Positions 60,663 to 64,000 of a stretch of 64,000 nt of DNA are shown in pieces. The translations under genes and the position numbers were made by a program. How positions within the stretch are numbered: position 1 is the first letter of the stretch; every line of letters starts with the position of its first letter. The DNA is taken from positions 2,563,455 through 2,627,454 of the forward strand of contig OZ316899.1 of assembly GCA_973895155.1 (NCBI GenBank). Direction: 5' to 3'. Source of the stretch: Marsupella aquatica. Taxonomy: Eukaryota > Plantae > Marchantiophyta. Below the pieces are notes generated by a model. The model did no database searches and was not told the origin of the DNA. It saw only the letters and a program-made list of their open reading frames with translations.

Positions 60663-63600
60663 ATGCCATCTGCCCAGATATTTGAAGTAGACACAATGTC
60701 TGGGGATCGAGTCCCTGTGTCATCTTATAGTTACAAGGATGGGGAAACATTCACAGATGCTAGGAAGCAGTTGGGTACACTGTTTGATTATGACATCCAA
60801 TTTATTGATGTCAGTCTTGTCTCTAGAATGCTAGAGAAATGGGAGAAGGTCAATCGGCTGGAAGATTGTGGCGGAAAGATCATTGTCATCTGCAAGACGA
60901 TCACCAACGACCCACCAAATGATCCTGTCCGTAATGGACCTACTGGGGCGCCACAAGTTCTAGTGAGCAGCAATGCCTCTAATGGACCGACATGGCCAGA
61001 GAGTCAAGAATGGATTGATTCTCCCATCACTGAAGAACCTCAGATACAGGTAGAACCTGACAACCTAGCCGGGATCCAGGAAGAAAAGGAAGAAAAGGAA
61101 GAACAGGAAGAACCACATGCTGTTGCGGCACCAGTGCAAGAGGCTAACCCCCACATTAGGTTTGAGTCAGAATTAATGACAAAAGAGGTCAAAAGAATCT
61201 GGTTGTCAAAAGTGAAAAAATTGAAGAGTCACATGGAGTTCATTAAATGTGGTCACCACAAATGAAGGGCCAGCACATGGGACAAAGACAACCAGGTCCG
61301 TGGGCAACTTGAATGTTTAGAGTGTGACACTCGTCAGGATGGGTGCTCCAAGGGATTGATGGATAGGACTACCATTAGTAATGCCTTCACCAACTACAAG
61401 AGCAAGCACAGTTTGCGTTCAGCAAAGCATGCATCTTGCATGGCAAAGAACAGGGGTGAGCAAGTTGACACTAAGGAGATTGCCAGGAGGGCTGAAACAA
61501 ATACATTGACTGACAGAGCCACACTTGAGCAACATTTGAAACTTGTGGAGAAGGCCAATGAGTCACAAAGAGTCTTGGTTGGGCGGGAGACGTTTACAAT
61601 CATAGGTGATCAAGAGATGGAGTCCTTGCAGCTTCCAAAATTCAAAATTCTCTGCAACTTTTGTACAGACACTCTTACATTGGTCCCAAAACAACGCAAT
61701 TTGGAATCCAACCTTCAAACCCATATTGACAGTGGTGGTCATGTTACTTATGTGGCAAGAAGTCAAAAGCCTACAAGAGGCGATCCTGTATTGTCATGAC
61801 GATCGGGAAGACCCCGTACTGCAGATGGGAGGGATGTGAAACAAAGGACAATCAACGGGTTTTTGACCCGAAGGTCGAATCCAAGTGCCTTGAGCAGTTC
61901 AGATAGAGGTACCATTGAACCCTTTTCATTGTTGTGTTGGGGACTATGGCGTGATGTGGTCCAGGTTGGTGGTCAGACTAGGCCAATCAAGGGAATGTTA
62001 TATGATCTCTTAAGAAATGGAGCAGCGTGGTCCACAGAGCCTGCTGTGAACCAAGAGGTCTTCTGTGTGGATAGTGGTAAGCTTTGTACCATCGTTGGTA
62101 CATTTAGACATTCTGACTGTATGTAGGGTATGAGGGGCTTGGCTTTGAAGACTTGACTTGTGAGAAGTGTTTTAGCATTACCACAGAAGAGGACTTTAGA
62201 GCACGAGTGCATAGAGAGTTCAAGGCGCCTGAGAAAAGAGGGACAAGAGGGACTGGTAAGGGTCATCGGATAGGTTACTTAACAGTTCCTGAGCTGCACA
62301 TTCAAGCTGGAACATACAAGAAACAGATCTTGACTATGCAGAGAACAGAGAGAATGCTTTTACATAAAGTGCTAATGATGAAGAGTTGGGTCCCGAGTAT
62401 CAGTGAAGTGTGTCTTCACTATCAAGAGCCAAATAAAATGATAGTATTCAAGTTTTGCCAATCCATAGTTTTGGCACATAAAAATGGTGCATTCGGTGGA
62501 AGAGGTGCTCTATGGGATTTGTTATCAGACATAGCTTCTAACCTAAACAAGAGCAAGGAGGGATATAGGTTTAAGCCAGGAACAAAGCTTTTGTGCCAGA
62601 CACTATTCTTGCATGGTGGTCGGTGCGTTGTTGATTGCCTCACGAGTAATGGAATAGGCCCTAGTCTAAACACCCTGCAACGCGACAAGCAAGGTATGAT
62701 AATATTTTGAGTTGGTGTCCATGCTGAGCAGTTCCAATTTATTGCTGAGGTGTACTCACAAATCAAAACTCGACTGAACATATCAGGGCCTATTCCCTGC
62801 TATTTGGCAGAGGACAAAACCTGTGTAAAGCGAACAGTCAGGTGCTTTGTTCTTCCTTTCTCTCTTGGGTAATGAAGGTCTGCCATTCTGTCATTTGAAA
62901 TTGCAGAGTTATGTGTGAGCACTGAATGTAAGGGCACTTCTGCCGTTGCTTGCAGATGGTTGCCAAAACATGATACACTCATTGGGTTTTGTGGTCGCAA
63001 AGTCAACCATGAATGTAAGGTCGGCCTGGAGATACCAGTGGGGGAGGGAGAAGGTGGCTTCAACAACATTGTTGAAGCTTTGGGTAATTCCGTTGTAGGG
63101 CATCAGGCAAGGTGTATCATAGTGATTCCCCTGGCTGAAGGGTTTCCTCACTTGTGTGTTGTGGCCAGTACGACATGCAATACGTTTGATGATGCTTTGG
63201 TTAGAAGTGGGTGGGTGGAAGTAGAGGACTTGTGGACTACTCATTGCCTTGAGAAAGTGGGTCCTATCTTGGGGCATGCAAGTGATGGAGATTCTCGAAG
63301 GAGGAAGCTCATGTTGCAGGATTATGTAGGGAGAGGGATAGCAGGCCCAAGGCAGAACCTCAGGTGGGAAGGCTGGCAATTGACACATTCGATGACCACT
63401 AATACACCATTAATTCACGCTGTGGGGCTACACGATCAAGATTATATCCACAATGGGAAGAAGCTAGTGAATCCATTGGATTCTACTTCTAGGACTTTGA
63501 AGTTAGGATCACAAATGGCAAATTTGAGTCACTTAATACACCTAGAGGAGTTATATGATGTAAGTGAGCATGGTCTGAATAAGGTTGACATAAAACAGAC

Positions 63601-64000
63601 TGATAGGCAAAACTGGGCTAGTGCACAACGGCTCTGTAGCCAGAAAGTGAGTCAGACACTAAGGGCATTGCGGATGCGCTTGGATGCAAGAATAGAGCTC
63701 ACTCTTGGGACAGAGGTTTACACACAAATATGTGCAGATTATTTGGACATATTCTGAATACTAGACTCACTTTGCGAGCAGATTGTGTTGTGTGCAAAAG
63801 TGGGCTTCTTTCTAAGGCTTTGGCATCTGTGGTGTTTCCATGGGAACCAGGCAGTGGGGGGAAACACTCAACGGATAACTTTTTCCAAAAATTGCATACC
63901 CATGCAGACTTTCCTTGACATTCAAATGTTTGTTCATTTTGTAGTCCTCTTGATAATCCAGTTTAGGGATGATTTTAGACATCTTGCAGTGCCTACATAC
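60663..64000 (+). pseudogene. Large DDE transposase (P-element/THAP9-like core) with N-terminal globular domain and C2H2-like zinc fingers; runs off the window
   Basis: 60663..61265, 61356..61799 and 61836..62126 share one frame; one frameshift near 62150; putative intron 62842-62955. Motifs LAEDKT, GHASDGDSRRRK, DQDYIHNGKK (D-x2-H), DRQNWASAQRL; CLEC...H and CNFC...H...H fingers. Confidence 0.7.

Overview
Eukaryotic land-plant DNA, probably a seed-free plant (inferred from the TE lineages and compact introns; the organism cannot be fixed from sequence alone). The window is mostly nested transposons around one intact host gene, a 6-exon MYB-CC (PHR1-like/APL-type) transcription factor at 38374-40740 (-). 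The main result is that two diverged Athila/OTA-like Ty3/gypsy families have 3.9-4.8 kb LTRs that themselves carry a long sense-strand ORF. Target-site duplications fix the boundaries: solo LTR 13337-18009 (GCGTG), solo LTR 46040-50812 (ACCCT) and full element 4460-21172 (GCCTG). The family A LTR holds a single-frame ORF of about 1213 codons (14253-17894, only two in-frame stops). The family Z LTR holds a homologous single-frame ORF of about 854 codons. Both contain a plant-mobile-domain/Transposase_32-like motif followed by a coiled coil, so solo LTRs keep a whole gene. Also present: a gypsy element whose integrase ends in a PHD finger (rebuilt across two solo-LTR insertions), a decayed P-element-like DDE transposase gene with neighbouring unknown ORFs, a copia remnant, two MITEs and an unclassified AGT...ACT insertion. 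No rRNA, tRNA or CRISPR features were seen. All alignments were done by eye; no database searches were run.
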